Below are positions 30,186-43,400 of a stretch of 64,000 nt of DNA, in pieces; the stretch's first letter is position 1; the number at the start of each line of letters is the position of its first letter. Under the pieces are notes generated by a model. That model was not told the DNA's origin and made no database searches. It saw nothing but the letters and a program-made list of their open reading frames with translations. A program made the translations under genes and the position numbers. Source of the DNA: Caecitellus pseudoparvulus (Eukaryota > Protista > Bigyra: Bicosoecida); assembly GCA_965644315.1 (NCBI GenBank), contig CBFFRQ010000041.1, positions 62,001 through 126,000 on the forward strand, given 5' to 3'.

Positions 30186-31675
30186 ATGGCCGCAGAAGGC
30201 CCCTCGCTGCCTGCGAAAAGCTCCACGTACATCGTCAAGGATGGTGCGAAGGGTGGCCTTGCCGTTTCGCCTGCGTTTCGTAGGACACACCGCCTCGCCT
30301 CGGTTTTGCAGGCCTGCGGCACGTGCCGGCGTACTCCTTCACCCACCGAGTGAATGCAAAAGGAAGGTGGTTGGGGAAACCCCTTCGCGAAGTGCTGCAG
30401 CATGAGTTCAGCGCCCAGAGCGCCGAGTACTGGGAGGGTGCGGCTGGGAAGACGCTGTGGCTGGAGGAGAGGCCCAAGCGCCAGGGCAAGCGCAGCAGGG
30501 AGCGCGGGGCAGAGGAGGCAGCAGCTGGCCCTGCCGCGCCGACGCGCATCCCCTTCACGCTGGACACCATCGTGACCCCCAACACAGTGCTGGTGCACAC
30601 CGCTGAGCGGCAGGAGCCGCCCATTCCGTACGCCCCTGTCCCTGTGACGCACGCCGCCGACGGCGTGCTGGTGATCGACAAGCCAGTGGGGGTGCAGATG
30701 CACCCGTCTGGCGCGGCACGCCTGAACACGCTGGTGTACATCGCCCAGGCGGAGGGGGGGCTGCCCGCCCTCCCTCGCCTGGCCTACCGCCTGGACAGGG
30801 TGACGTCAGGGCTGGTGCTGGCGGGGCAGGACGCACAGGCATCCAGGCACCTGGCCTCCCTCCTGTCCCAGCCCGCTTGCACCAAGGCATACCTCGTGCG
30901 AGTGGCGGGGGACGTGGCCGGCAGTCTGGCTGGGCAACCAGCCTCCCTGCCCACCCTGCCCACCAACACCGCCCCCTCCACACACAGCCTGGATGCGAGG
31001 GGTGCACCAGCGTACCGGCCATCGGACTTCCGGGCCCTGGGCGGGGCCCCCATTGACCTGCAGGGTGACGGGTGTGCCTGGTGGCACGGGGGCGTGCCTC
31101 GCCCCTCCCACAGCAGCATGCGGGCAGCGGTGCCAGTGACGCCACAGACGCTGCAAGTGGATGACTCCCTTGCGCCTGACTGCACGGGGCTGCGTTGGGC
31201 GGAGGAGGGTGTGGGCGGGGCAGCCTCTCGCACGGCGTTGGTGGCGGCGCCCATTGCGTTGCTGAATCCCCGCATCGGCCTGCACACGGTGCACCCAGCA
31301 GGCAAGCCTGCCTCCACGACGGTGCGGGTGCTGGCGTATCACGCCGGCTCAGACACGAGCTTGGTGCAGGCCGTGCCGCTGACGGGGCGCACGCACCAGA
31401 TCCGGCTGCACATGTGGTGGCTGGGGCACCCAGTCGTTGGCGACGCCGCCTGTGGCTGGGTGCCGCGTGCTGCGCAGGAGGGGCTGGCGCCAACCGGCGG
31501 TGTGTGCCTGCATGCGCTGCGGTACAGCGGCGAGGGGTGGGCCTTCTCTGTGCCGCCGCCCTCCTGGGCACAGGCTTTTCTTGCAAGGGAAGCAGGCTCC
31601 ACCCCGACACCAGGCATGGCCAGCGAGGCGGGCAGCGCTCGAGCACGCACAGAATCTGAAGATGCCACAAAATGA
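30186..31675 (+). CDS. RluA-family pseudouridine synthase (RPUSD2/PUS9-like)
   Basis: 'RHVPAY....AKGRW', 'VIDKP..MHPSG', 'YRLDRVTSG', 'PLTGRTHQIRLH..LGHPVVGD', 'CLHALRY'. Intron at 30244-30311. Confidence 0.9.
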
Positions 31676-31684
31676 ACCCCCTTC

Positions 31685-33189
31685 ATGCGCACCGCCGCCA
31701 CAGCCCCTGGAGGCCGTGTGTCGTTGCGGTTGCGCGGCACGCAGCAGCGCCGTCAGGACGAGGTTGGCAAGGACCAGGCAGGCAGCTCATCTGCCACGCC
31801 AACGCCAGGCGCCAGCGCGGACGTGCCGGCGCCCAGCAGCCCCAGCCCCGATGGAAACCAGCGCATAATGGAGAAGGATTCGAACATGACAGTGTGTGGG
31901 CGCATGCGGGCTATCACGGTGCAGCAGGTGCGTGCGATGGGCGCCTGGCAGAGTGTGACGTGGTGATGCAGCCGCTCCACTTCCGGCGTCTCTTGACCTG
32001 CTGCTTTCCCCCGCCCGTGCAGCCCCTCGCCAGCGCCCTCGTGCAAGGCGTGCGGGACGTGGAAGTGCGCACGTTCCAAACAAGTGCCATGGGCGGCCTC
32101 TGGCTCTGCGTGCACGCCGGGAAGAGCAGCCGCACCCTGTCCTCGGCGCGCCTGCAAGCCGTGCGCCAGCTGTGGCCAGACATGCCCCCCAAGGCTGACC
32201 TGCTGCGGCAGACGGGCTGCATGCTGGGCTTTGTGCGTGTTCGTGCCATCATCCCCACAAAAGTCGCCCCTGCTGCCGACAATCCGTGGGTCATCCTCGC
32301 CGAGGCGGAGCGAGGGGGTGCGGAATCAGGGACGCAGCAGCCGACGTTCGCGTGGCTCGTGGACAAGGCCGTGCAGCTGCCACAGCCCATCCCACTGCCT
32401 CGGGGCCAACTCCGCATTTGGTGGGTGAACTCTGACTTGTCTGGCCAGCTGGAAACGGCCCTCGCCGAGGCGTTGGCCAACGGTGCATTCGTCTTTCATG
32501 CGGGCGGACGGCACAAATCCCCACCGACACGTGCGCTCCAATCTGCGCCCCAGACGGGCGGTGAGGGGCCAGCACTCGCAATCACGCATGGTTCTTCCTC
32601 CCAGTCAGTGGTCCCTTCCATTTTCGCGCTGCTGGCGAAGGGTGCAGGGGGCCACCCGCCTGCGCCGCCCTTCCGTGCCGCGCTGACCGCATCCACCCTC
32701 CCCACACCCTTTGCCATGCACTCGCAGCCTGCCACACTGCCCAGCCTCAACACGGGGGCACTGCAAGCAGGCTGGGCGAAGATGCAAGGCACTGCGCCGG
32801 CTTCTGCTGCGGCAGGGGCCTCCCCCACCTCGCACCTTCTGCTCTTCGCCCCAGGCGCAGCAAGGTCCACCGCTGACTTGCGCCTGCTGCAACGCGCGTC
32901 CACACGCCAGACGGCGACACCATGGGCACCTCTAGCTGGTCCCAGCCACGCGCCCTCCAGTCCAAAACCCACCACTCACCTTCCTGGCCTGCTGTCTGTT
33001 GGAGATGGCGCTGCGCCGCAACTTCGTGGGGGGTGGCATGCGTCTGCCGCAAAGGCTGCCAAACGCTCCAGGCAGCGCGACGACAGCGCGAGCAGCACAG
33101 CAGGCACGAGCAGCCAGTCTTCCAAGACGCCCCGCCTGTCCACACCCGAGGATGAGACGGATGATCCTGGCACAGGTGCTGCCGAGTAG
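31685..33189 (+). CDS. ASCH-domain protein with a low-complexity tail
   Basis: Intron 31928-32022 joins MRAITVQQ|PLASALVQGVRDVEVR (ASCH GxKxxExR motif), followed by 'VHAGK' and 'PIPLPRGQLRIW'. The start could be 31685 or 31868. Confidence 0.8.
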
Positions 33190-33367
33190 GGCGGCGCGAG
33201 CGACCGACGCGGGGTCACACGCCGCCACCCTCCGCCTGGGCGCGCTCCCCCCCCGCATTCACGGCCTCTCAAAACTAATGTACGACAACACTGCAACTGT
33301 TTTGCCGGCTGCCTCTTGCGCAGGGCAAGGGGCGAGGACTCTGCACTTGAGTGTTCACCGCACAAGC

Positions 33368-35581
33368 ATGGGGTGTGGGGGTTCGAAATCCGCAGGCGGT
33401 GCGCCTGCAGACGCCCCCGGCCACCATGGCGAGCCTGGCATGAGCGTCGCTGCGACGAACAAGCACATGTTGGCGCTGCAAGCCAATGGCGGCGGCTCTG
33501 TCCTGCTCAGCGCGGGCGCCGGCCGTGAAGCGACACCCGTGGCGCCACGAGCAGTCGCCGATGGTGCAGTGTCCCACGTGCCTTCCCGCGGCGGCAGCTA
33601 CCTCATCGCATTTGGAGCGCAAGAGGAGCACTACACGCTTGGCAGCGCTTTCCAGCACCCTGAACCCCTGCCTGCGACGCGGCAAGTGTACATCGTGCAG
33701 CCTGAAGGCGGCAAAGTGCTGCGAGTGTCGTACGGGTGCGCTGGCGCTGCGTGCAGCTGACCTGCCGTGTCAACCCACCTTCACGCCCAGCCCCCGCTGC
33801 GCGTGCCTGGCGCAGGTATGCGTCACAAGCAGGTCACCACCAGTCTTCAGGGGAGAAGGTGAACCAGGACAGCCTGTTGGCTGCAGAGTGCCTGGGCGGC
33901 ATGGAGCAGTGCGTGCAGCACAGGCGCTCAACTTCCGCAAGCACGCAAGGCACGCTGCAGCTGTGCCCGCGTCCCCGCCTTGCGCAGCATCGCGCTTTGG
34001 GCAGTGTTCGACGGCCACGGACCTCGAGGGGAGGACGCCTCCGTGCGTTGCTCTTGCGTGGCGCCGCCTGCGCTGCCCCTGTCTGACCTGCCTCGCGCCG
34101 CCCCTTCACAGCACTTCTGCCGGCACCACCTGGCCGCGACAGTGACCAGCGACAGCCGCGGGCGCACCAAGACCTTCCGGTCTGACCCTGTGCGTGCCTT
34201 GCGGGAGGCTTTCCCCCGCCTGCACAGGCACCTCGTGGCAGCCGCCCAAGCCTCCGCCGTGGCCGGTGCCAGCAGCGCGAGCGCCAGCATTGGGCGTGGT
34301 GGAACCGGCGGGCCAGCCGCATCAGGGGGGGACAGCCTCGTCCTGCCCTCCGGCACGCCCACCGTGGGCAGTGGCGTGGTGTCTGGCAGTGGCGTGTTGA
34401 AGACAGGCTTCACGCCCTGGCGGTCAGTGGACACGGACGTGTCTGGCTGCACCGCCAACGCGGTCATGGTGGTGGGTGGCAACTTGCTCTGCGGCAACGT
34501 GGGGGACAGCCGCTCCATCCTCGTGTCCAGGGCGCAGCGTGGCGCGGCACCCGCGGCTGGCGGCGGCTCTGCCAACCCTCACCTGGGCACTGTGCGGGTG
34601 GCGGCACTGTCCAAGGACCACAAGCCGGGTCGGGCAGAGGAGCGTGCTCGCATCTCCCGCACAGACGCGCAGATCATCTCCGAGAGCATGCTGCTGCCGC
34701 ACGGCGACCCTGATAAGCTGTACGTGTGCCGCAAGGTGGGCTCCAGCATCAAGTACGGCGTGCTGTTCAGCCGCAGCATCGGGGACCTGGACTCCCACAC
34801 GCACCTGGGCCTGACGGCAGAGGCAGAGGTGCGCACACACACGCTGCAGCCAGACAGCGACCAGTTCGTCGTCCTGGCCACCGACGGCGTCTGGGACTTC
34901 ATGTCCAACAAGGACGTGGCCAGGGTCACGGCGCGCTCCCTGGCTGCTTCCTGGCAGGCGGCGAGGGCAGAGGCGCAGGGAAGCGGCGGAAGGGGGGACA
35001 CGCCCTCCTACCGCCTGCACGCTGACGCCCAGCGCGCTGCGGAGGACGTCGTGGCGTCTGCCACGCGCAAGTGGGACCGGGCGGCCATGGGGCGGCAGGA
35101 TGACATCACCGTGCAGGTGCTGGCGTTCACGTGGATGTCCCCGGCCGAGGCGGAGGCGGATGCCGCCGCATGGAGTGCCTGGTACCGCAGTCGGACGGCA
35201 CCCCAGCCCCAGGCGGGTGGGGCTGGGGCGGCCGGGGCGCCGGTTCCCACCCCAGGCGGGTTGCCCAGTGCCCCGTCAGCGGAGAGCGTGGGGGAGGTGG
35301 ACATCACGCTGGATGTGGGCTCGCCGGGGGGGTATGCCAGTGGGGACGAGGCCAGTGGGGAGGAAGACAGCGGGGAGCAGGGTGCGGCGGGTGGTGGGTC
35401 GGAGGATGCGGCGGCACGCCCGCCGCACCTTGCACCAGCGCCAGCCACCGTGGACAGCCCCAAAGCCAGTGCCGCCTCCACGGACCCCGCCAGTGAGTAT
35501 GCCACAGCGGCGGGCAGTGCAGATGGCGAGTATGGCGTGGATGAATTCGGGTTCCGGCACGACCACGGCTATGACGAGTGA
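33368..35581 (+). CDS. PP2C/PPM Ser/Thr phosphatase with N-terminal MGCGGS acylation motif
   Basis: NQDS, AVFDGHG, GNVGDSR, DHKP..E..RI, SRSIGD, VLATDGVWD, DDIT motifs. Several short introns between about 33730 and 34090. Confidence 0.9.
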
Positions 35582-35677
35582 GGCTAGGCGGGGTTTGGGA
35601 GCGCAGCAAAACCCAATTGGCCATGAGGCACATCGAGGAAAGGCCGACTGAGCATACCTTAATTCAGTGTGTGCAAC

Positions 35678-37402
35678 ATGGAGGTGCTGTGCCGGGAGCT
35701 GCAGGGGGCCTCCGGCGGCCGTGCGGCGGCGCAACGGGTGGCTTCCGTTGGAGGTGTGCGTCAAAATCCGCAGCCTCTCGCCGTGCCGCACTTGAAGCAC
35801 CTGGTGACTTCCTCCGGACGGTCCCGCCGCATGGCTCCGTCGCCCTCTGCGCCTTCTATTAAAATCTCCTTCTCCCCCTCCCCCATGCCATCCTACTCGC
35901 GCTCCAGGCGGCGGGAGGGTCTCACGCCGGGCGCTGGAGCGACGCCAAGCGCTCGCCGTCGACGGCGTCCGCCCGGCAGCCGCCTCTTCTCCACGCCCCT
36001 GCACAGCGCTGCCACGTCACGGACTTCACTTGCAAGCGCCACTTCCTCCACCACAGACAGGCGGTCCAGCGTGTTCATGGCTCCGCCGACATCCGGCCCA
36101 CGGGGGGCGGCGCCGTCCCTGCCTCAGGTGCTGCCGCTGCCGTCTGCGCTGGACGCGACGCTGAACCGACCTGCCGTGCCGCCCCCAGCGCACACTGGCC
36201 TGGAAGCCGACCCGCCAGCAGCTGCTCGCCCCGTCTTGCAGTTGCCAGGCGAAGACACCCCCCCCGCTGCCACTGCGCACCACGCGTGGGCAGGAGCGTA
36301 CTCCGCCGCCCTGCCACGCCGCCTGGGCAGCACGCCCTCTGGCCACGCAGAGGCCTCTGCCGTGGAAGGCATGGCGCTGGCTGTCGCCGCAGGCCTGACT
36401 CGGCAGTCCGTCACGCGCCCCGCCCCATCAGCTGCACCCCTCGCTGGCCCCGCCTCTTGGCACGAGTGCCGTGGAGGCCCGGGCGATGACAGTGCTCCGA
36501 CGACGCCGACTGGGCAACAGCCCGCACTCGCCCACGATGGTGAAGGGCATGACGGGGATGAAGGCGTGCCCCCTGCCCTGGTCCAGGCCGTGCTGGACAA
36601 GGTATACGCCCGCATCGTGTCCAGCGCCAGCACGGACTGGGCCACCCTTTTTCGCACGCTGGGGCTGGGCGAGGTGCACGATGGGGACACGGTGCAGCCG
36701 GAGGACGTCGAGTACGACTCCCTCATCCCCCTGGGCACCCTGGCCGTGGCAGGGGACATGTCACCCTCCTCCCTCCGCACCTTCCTGCCGCGTTCAGGCG
36801 TATTACTCACCCAGGACGCCCCCCTGCCCCTGCCTGCAGTGGACGTGTTGCCCAGCGGCAAGGTGGCTGAGGTGGCCAGAGCAGCAGACGCCGCTGGGCG
36901 CACCGTGCAGTGCCTGCCCCCCACCAGCATCCCGCGCCCCCGCTCAGCACTGTCCCCTGCCGCTGCCGCCCGCCGCCACCTGCCGTCATGGGCGCCCCCC
37001 CTCCCGGCCAACGTCACGGGCGTGTCCCCCGGTACCACCCGGCGAGCTGAGGCCGACTGGGAGCACGCCTTCTCGGCAGCCTACCTGGATGCCGTGCATG
37101 GTCGGCGGCCGCGTGACGGGGACGCCGTGGGCGTCACGGTGTCCGGCACAGTGGCGGACTTGCTCTCGGACCATCGCATGGCGAGCATGGTGCGGCAGGC
37201 AGCAGCCAGTCGCCTGCACCGTGCGTGGGAACACAGGGAGGCCCTGGACCGTCTGCGCCAGCGCATGGAGCGGGAGCTGGGCGGGGAGGCTGCTGAGGTG
37301 GCGCACCTAGCTCAGGGCGTGCTGCCGGGTGCCCTGGCGCGGCAGGGTGAGGAGGAGTGGGAGCGAGGCAGCCCGCCGCCGCCCCCGCCGCCACAGGCCT
37401 GA
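35678..37402 (+). CDS. Hypothetical protein
   Basis: About 575-aa ORF filling the gap between two genes. No family recognised. Confidence 0.6.
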   Translation: MEVLCRELQGASGGRAAAQRVASVGGVRQNPQPLAVPHLKHLVTSSGRSRRMAPSPSAPSIKISFSPSPMPSYSRSRRREGLTPGAGATPSARRRRRPPGSRLFSTPLHSAATSRTSLASATSSTTDRRSSVFMAPPTSGPRGAAPSLPQVLPLPSALDATLNRPAVPPPAHTGLEADPPAAARPVLQLPGEDTPPAATAHHAWAGAYSAALPRRLGSTPSGHAEASAVEGMALAVAAGLTRQSVTRPAPSAAPLAGPASWHECRGGPGDDSAPTTPTGQQPALAHDGEGHDGDEGVPPALVQAVLDKVYARIVSSASTDWATLFRTLGLGEVHDGDTVQPEDVEYDSLIPLGTLAVAGDMSPSSLRTFLPRSGVLLTQDAPLPLPAVDVLPSGKVAEVARAADAAGRTVQCLPPTSIPRPRSALSPAAAARRHLPSWAPPLPANVTGVSPGTTRRAEADWEHAFSAAYLDAVHGRRPRDGDAVGVTVSGTVADLLSDHRMASMVRQAAASRLHRAWEHREALDRLRQRMERELGGEAAEVAHLAQGVLPGALARQGEEEWERGSPPPPPPPQA

Positions 37403-37434
37403 CTCGGCGCTGGGGAATGCATGCATTGTCGCGC

Positions 37435-40400
37435 TCATTGCATGTTGGCCAGGAGGGCGTCTGCCGCCGCTAGCGTCTCGGCGCTGTCCAGCTTGGCCTG
37501 GCCAGGGTCGGGCCCCAGGCGCAAGTCCCCTCCGAAGGTGCTGTGGCTGACGGTGTGCCAGACACCGGAGCCCAGCGGGCCTGTACCAGGGCGCCGGGGT
37601 CCGCCCTTGCTCTCCACGTTGCGCTGGGAGGGGGTGCGGCCCCCGCCCCGAGATGTGGTACGGTCAGGCACCAGTGCGGTGGACGCGCCCAGTGTGCTGC
37701 TGCTGCCTCCGCCGCCCCACCGCGTGCTGGCCAGGGAGGCAGTGGAGGAGCCTAGCAGCGGCACCAGCATGCCGCCTGACCGGGCGGGGGGCATGCTGGA
37801 GGTGGACCGCATACTGGCAGCACTCTGCGATGCCGCGAGCACATTCGCAGCAGCCGCGCGCACCCGAGCCGAGGCTGGCAGACTGGCGCGTCCCGATCCA
37901 CCAGGCTGCGAAGTGCCTGCCCCAGACAGGCGCCCACGGGCTGTGGAGGCGCCCGGCGGCGCCTGCCTGGCCAGGGAGGTGGACGAGCCGCCCAGCGGCA
38001 GACGAATGCCTGCCTTGCGCAGCCGCTTCAGCGTCGCGTCCCGGGCCGTGTCTTGGCGCAGCAGGGCGATGTCGCCGGTGCTGGCCAGGCCGGAGCTGTC
38101 AATCAGCGCCGCCGCCAGGCCCTGTGTCCCCGACGCCGCCTTGCCCTTGCGCCGGCGTTTGCCTTTCTTGCCCTTGCGGGGCTTGCCGGGCGCATCGCGG
38201 GCAGACCTGGGGGGATGAGGGACAGGGTTCTCCCCTGGACCCCGCCCCTCTGCGATGAGGCGGGACAGGGACTCCATCGCCCCGCTCAACGTGCGTGAGG
38301 GGTGCGGGTCCGTGCCGGAGCCCGCCGTGTCCAGCGACGCAGTGCTGGGCGGCACGGGGCCCAGGATGACACTGGCAGCCGCCTGGCCCACTGCGTCTTC
38401 TGTCCCGCCCGGTTTGTGCGGCTGTGGGGGGGCGGCTGCTCGGCGGGCCCGGCGGGCGGGGCGGGCAGGCGTGCCCAAGTGACCAGGAGCCGAGGCGGCG
38501 GGGCGCAGGGGGCTGGTCGGCGCCGGTGGCGGGGGTGTGGGCTGCACGGCAGGGTGGCCGCTGCCAGGCCGCTTGCTCGCTCCCCGACCTCCTCCCCGTC
38601 GAGGCAGGGACGCGAGACTGGCAGCAGCACCCGAGCGGCCTGAGGCACCAGTGGCTCGCAGCACCCGCCCAGAGGCTGACGAGGGCATGACGGCATCCAG
38701 GGTGGATACGACGCCTCCGAAGTCCCTTGCGGGGACGGGCGGGTCCACCCTGGCGATGATGCGGGTCATGTCCAGGGCCGGCACGGGCGGCGACGCGCTG
38801 CTACTGGCCACTGCTGGCACGCCATCGCCGCCGCCGTGTCCACTCTCCTTGGCCTGCCGGTCCACGGCGTGCACGTGCAGGGCTGCGTGCACCGTGGCTC
38901 GTTCCGCGGCGGACTGCCGTCGCTGGGCGGCACGCTGCGCCACCTCCTCCGCCCGCACTGTGGACTCGCGCAGGTACTGCTGGTAGTGTTTGCCCCCCAC
39001 AACCTCCCCGCCCTCCGTCACGATCTGGTGGCCATCCAGAGAGTACAGCACCTCCCCTCGCGCCTGGGCTGAGACACGGGCGAGACCGATCCGGCCGCTG
39101 CTGCTGGCCACCTCAGCGTGTGTGCGGCTCAGGCCATCTGTCCCGCCCACACTTGATGCCATGCCTCGCGCAGAGGTGGCGGGCGGGCCCAGGTGCGCCA
39201 GGCGTGCCTTGGAGGCGGCGCCGTCCCCGCCTCCGTGCAGGCGCCGACCTGTGCCCGGCGCACGCACACGCAGTGCCGCCGCCACGGCCCGCTTGCCGTC
39301 CGCGCCTCCGTTTGCCAGGAGCAGGGGATCACTCAGCGCACGGGCCATGGCGGTGGAGCCCGCGTCCGGCAGCAGGGCGTGAGCAGAGGCGGAAGGCGCC
39401 ATGTCTGCGCCGACCTGCTCACTGCGCTGCCCCTGTCGTCGGGGTGATGACACGCCGAGGCCTGTGTCCACACGTCGCGCGTTGGACTCGTGCGCATCGG
39501 CCGCGATGCCGCCAGGCCGGCGCAGGGCGCGCCCGATGCCAAAGACATCCCTCGTGTTGCCGCCGCCAGACAGGTGTTGCCGCAGCAGGTCCGCCTGGGC
39601 TGCGGAGGACACCACCGCCACCGGGACACCGCTGGCTCCCATGGCTGTCGTGAGCATGGTCTTGTCTGCCAGGATGCCGCCGCGCTGGCCTGGACGGGAG
39701 AGGGCCCGCTTCACGCCCTCCACGGCACTGGTGGCTGCGTCAGTGGTGGCGTGCCCGCCTGCCGTGGTGAAGGCAGGCCGGGCCTTGGCCTTGGCGCGGG
39801 GCTCGTGGCCGCCCCGCCCCCCCTTGCCCCGGTGCGTCACGCCGTACAGCTGCCCAGTGCCCCCCCGCGGCGACAAGTTCAGCGTCGCCACCGCGCCGTG
39901 CCGCCACGCCACTGACTCGGACACAGACACGTCCGAGTCCTCGCCGCTGTCTGAGGCATCGTCCGCGCCCAGGCCGCGTGTGCGTGCTCGGGCTGTGAGG
40001 GCCATGGTGCGTGCCAGGGCGGCGCGTGTGCGCTGTGCCACGGCCGCCTTGCGCAAGGACGTGTCCACGCTGGCCAGGACATTGGCAGCAGCTTCTGCGT
40101 GGGCGGAGCTAGTGGCCTCTGCCTTCTGCGCGGCACGGCGCTCACCCACCAGGCGCGCCTTGCCACTGCGCACCGTGAGCAGTGCCCGTCGACCCCGCAT
40201 GAGGCTGGCAGCCGTGTGGCTGGACTGCCGGTAGTACCCGGCTGGCCCAGCAGCTCGGCGTTGCAGGGCGGCTTTGCGATCATGGCGCCGGCGCTGGCGC
40301 TGCGCCTCGGCAGCACGCTCCTCCGCCAAGCGCTGCTCCACGCCCACCATGCTGGCGATGCGGCGCATGTTGGTCATTTGGGCGAGGTGCCGCAGGGCCA

Positions 40401-43400
40401 CAGTGGCCCGTTTGGGGCGTGCCTCGCCGCCGCCACTGCTGGTCGTGGAGGCGGACGCGGCGGTGGGCGCTCGCTCGTTTGGGGTGGGTGTGGGCGATCC
40501 CGCCCGTCCAGCCCCCCCGTCGCTGCTCCCTGCCTCCGAGAGCTCCGCCAAAATGGCCCGTTCGTCCTTCGTCGCAGACCTGAACATGCGAGTGAGCTGG
40601 TTGGCCAGGTGCCCTTGCCGGGGGGCGGTGTGGCCGGATGCCTTGGAGGGCGTGCGCCCGCCACTGGTCTTGGAGGCTGCCTGACTGCCCCCCCCTCCGC
40701 CGGGCGAGGACTGGCCACCATCATCGCTGCCGCTGAAGAGGCTCACTGTGCTGCTCCGGCCGCCCAGTCGGGCCGCCCCACGACTGGGCGGACGCGCCTT
40801 GCCTGGCTGCCGACTGCTGGGGGATCGCCCTCCGGACGACACCAGGCTGGCACTGCGTTCCCGTGTGGCCTGCCACTGGGCCACGATGCTGGCAGCCGTG
40901 GTGGAGGCGGGGGCGCCCGGTGCCCCGAGCTTCGGGGCGCCGGCACCCCCCCCTACGTCAAAGGCGGAGTCTGCCGAGTCGGATTCGCCGCCGTCGGTGT
41001 CTGAGCCCCCCTCCTCCAGCACCGGTTGGGGGGGTTCATGGGGCAGTCCGCTCGCCCCCGTCGCTGCCAGGGCCTTGCGCCGTTCCACGATGCCCCCCCG
41101 CAGCGCGGCTGGCGCCGTGCCCCCCGTGGCGGCGCCCAGGCCCAGGATGCGCATGAAGAAGGACAGCTGCCGCTCATCCGCCAGCACTGCTGACGTGAAC
41201 TCCCGGCGGTCCACCACGCCGTCGCCGTTGGTGTCCAGCTCGTCCAGACGGCGCTTGGCCTCGCCGCGCAGGTCCACCGCCTCCCGTGCCTGCCGCTGCA
41301 TGGAGGAGGGGGAGGCACTGCCCCCGCCCCCACCCCCCTCCTCCTCCTCGTCGTCCTCCAAGCCTGCCGAAGACGTGGCCAGGATCATGTCGTACACCTG
41401 GTCCAGCTCCAGCTCCCCCGTGTTCCGCCGGTCGAAGACGTCGAAGAAGAAGTTCGCCCGCGACTCGGTGTCGCCACGGCACGCCCGCTGCAGGCCCAGG
41501 AACACCTCCCGGATGTCCACCGTGCCGGAGTTGTCCCCGTCAAACACCCGGAACACGCTGGACATGAGGTGCTGGCTGTGCTTGGGCGCGCCGAACTGCT
41601 CCACCATCAGGCGCCGGAAGAAACGCAGGTCCACCTCCCGGTCCAGCATGCACAGGCGCACCTGCCCCGTCACAGGGTCCTCCCGTGTACTGCCCGCTAG
41701 CTCTCCGGCCCGACTGCCTGCCCGTGGCGTGCTGCGGGTGCCGCCACGTGAGGCCCGGTACTTGCGCCGGATGTGGTTGGGCATGCTGGACACGTCGGTG
41801 GGGTCGAAGGAGTAGTGCGTCAACATGGTGTGCAGCAGCTCGAAGGAGAAGATGGGGCCCGTGCCACTGCCTCGCCCCAGCCCCAGCGCGTCGCTGAAGC
41901 ACTCGAACAGGATGGGCTCCGCCGTCACGACAGACTGGAACTCCTGCCGGCTGATGCGCCCGTCGCCGTTCAGGTCCATGGCAGAGGCCAGGTGCTTCGC
42001 GAACATGATGAGGGCCATGTCCAGCCCCGGCAACCCGTCGCCGTCCCCGCCCCCGCCCTCCTCGAAGTGCTGGCTGAACGCCTGCCGCCCGTCGGCACCC
42101 TCCTCCCGCAACCCCGTGTTCTGGCGCCGCCGCTCGTCGTGTGTGGCGGCGCCCATGAGGGAGAGCAGGGACAGCGGCGAGCCGCGGCGGTTGCGCCGGG
42201 CGTGGCGGATGGCGGCGCGCCCCCCCAGCACCATGAGGATGAGCTCCAGCGGGGACACCTCCCCGCTGCCGTCCACGTCCAGCATGTCGAACACCAGGCC
42301 CAGCTTGGCGTCGAAGTCCCCCTCGCACATTCGGGACACGCCCAGCACGAACTCGCCAAAGTCCACCTCCCCGTCCCCCGACGTGTCAAAGGCGCTGAAC
42401 AGGCGCTCCGTCAGCCGCCACAGCGCCGGGTGGGACGTGTCGGGGTCCAGCCCCAGCTCCGCCACGTGCCAGCTGGCAGGCAGGGTCTCGTCCCCCTCCT
42501 CGTCCCCGCCATCCCACGCCGCCGCCGCACCCGCTGCCCGGGGTGACGCCGCCGCCACCTCCTGCCACACGGACCCCATGCCTGGCTCGCGGGTGGGGCT
42601 GGCGGCAGCACTCTGTCGCGCCCTGGAGGGGGAGGGTGGCGGCGCCCCGCTCACGGCGGCAGCGCTGGCTGCTCGAGTGCGCTTGATGGTGAGCATGTCC
42701 AGCACGCCGCCGAACCACTTCTCACGCAGGGCGGCGAGGTGGGCCCGCTCCCCCGCCATGCTCAGGGCCGCCGCAGACACCACCCCCTCCTCGCCCCCCC
42801 CCTCCGCCTGCGCAGCCTTGGCGGCGGACGTCTGCACGCGGCGGGAAGACATCTCCCGCCCCCGCTGCAGGAAGTGCCCAAGGGATGTTTGGGCCGCCTT
42901 GCTCGTCGCTGCAGCGGTGATGCCCGCCCTGGCAGCAGCAGTCTGCACGGCAGCCGAGGTGGCGCTGACCGCCGAGTCAGGCGCGCCCTCCTCCCCCGCT
43001 GCCTGCACTGCCAGGGCCATCCCGCCACTGCCTGCTGCTGCAGCTAAGCGGGCGTCACGCGCGGACTCCACGGCATCCCTGTCCACCCCGATGCCCCGTC
43101 TGCGCGCCAGGCGGGCCAGGGTGCGCATCATGAGGCGCCCGAACTGGTCCTTGGACACCGTCATGCGGTCCTGGCTAACAGCCGCAAAGTCGGCCTGCAT
43201 GGCCTTCACGTCGCTCACGCTCAGCTGCGTCTGGCGCACGAGGGAGCGCAGGGCGCGGTCCGTCTCATCCTGTCGCCGCAGGACCTCCAGCCGCCGCTCC
43301 TCGGCCTTGTCCTGCTCCGGGTCCTCCTCCTCCCCGCTAGCGGCGCTGTGCACCTCCCAGGACAAGGTCGCGTCAGGGACATAGGCACGCTGGTGCTTGC

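Noticed and set aside
31672-31675. ATGA stop/start overlap between RluA and the 505-aa ORF, suggesting translational coupling
   Set aside because: The conserved ASCH start (MRAITVQQ) is in a different frame and is joined by an intron, so the overlapping ATG is probably incidental.
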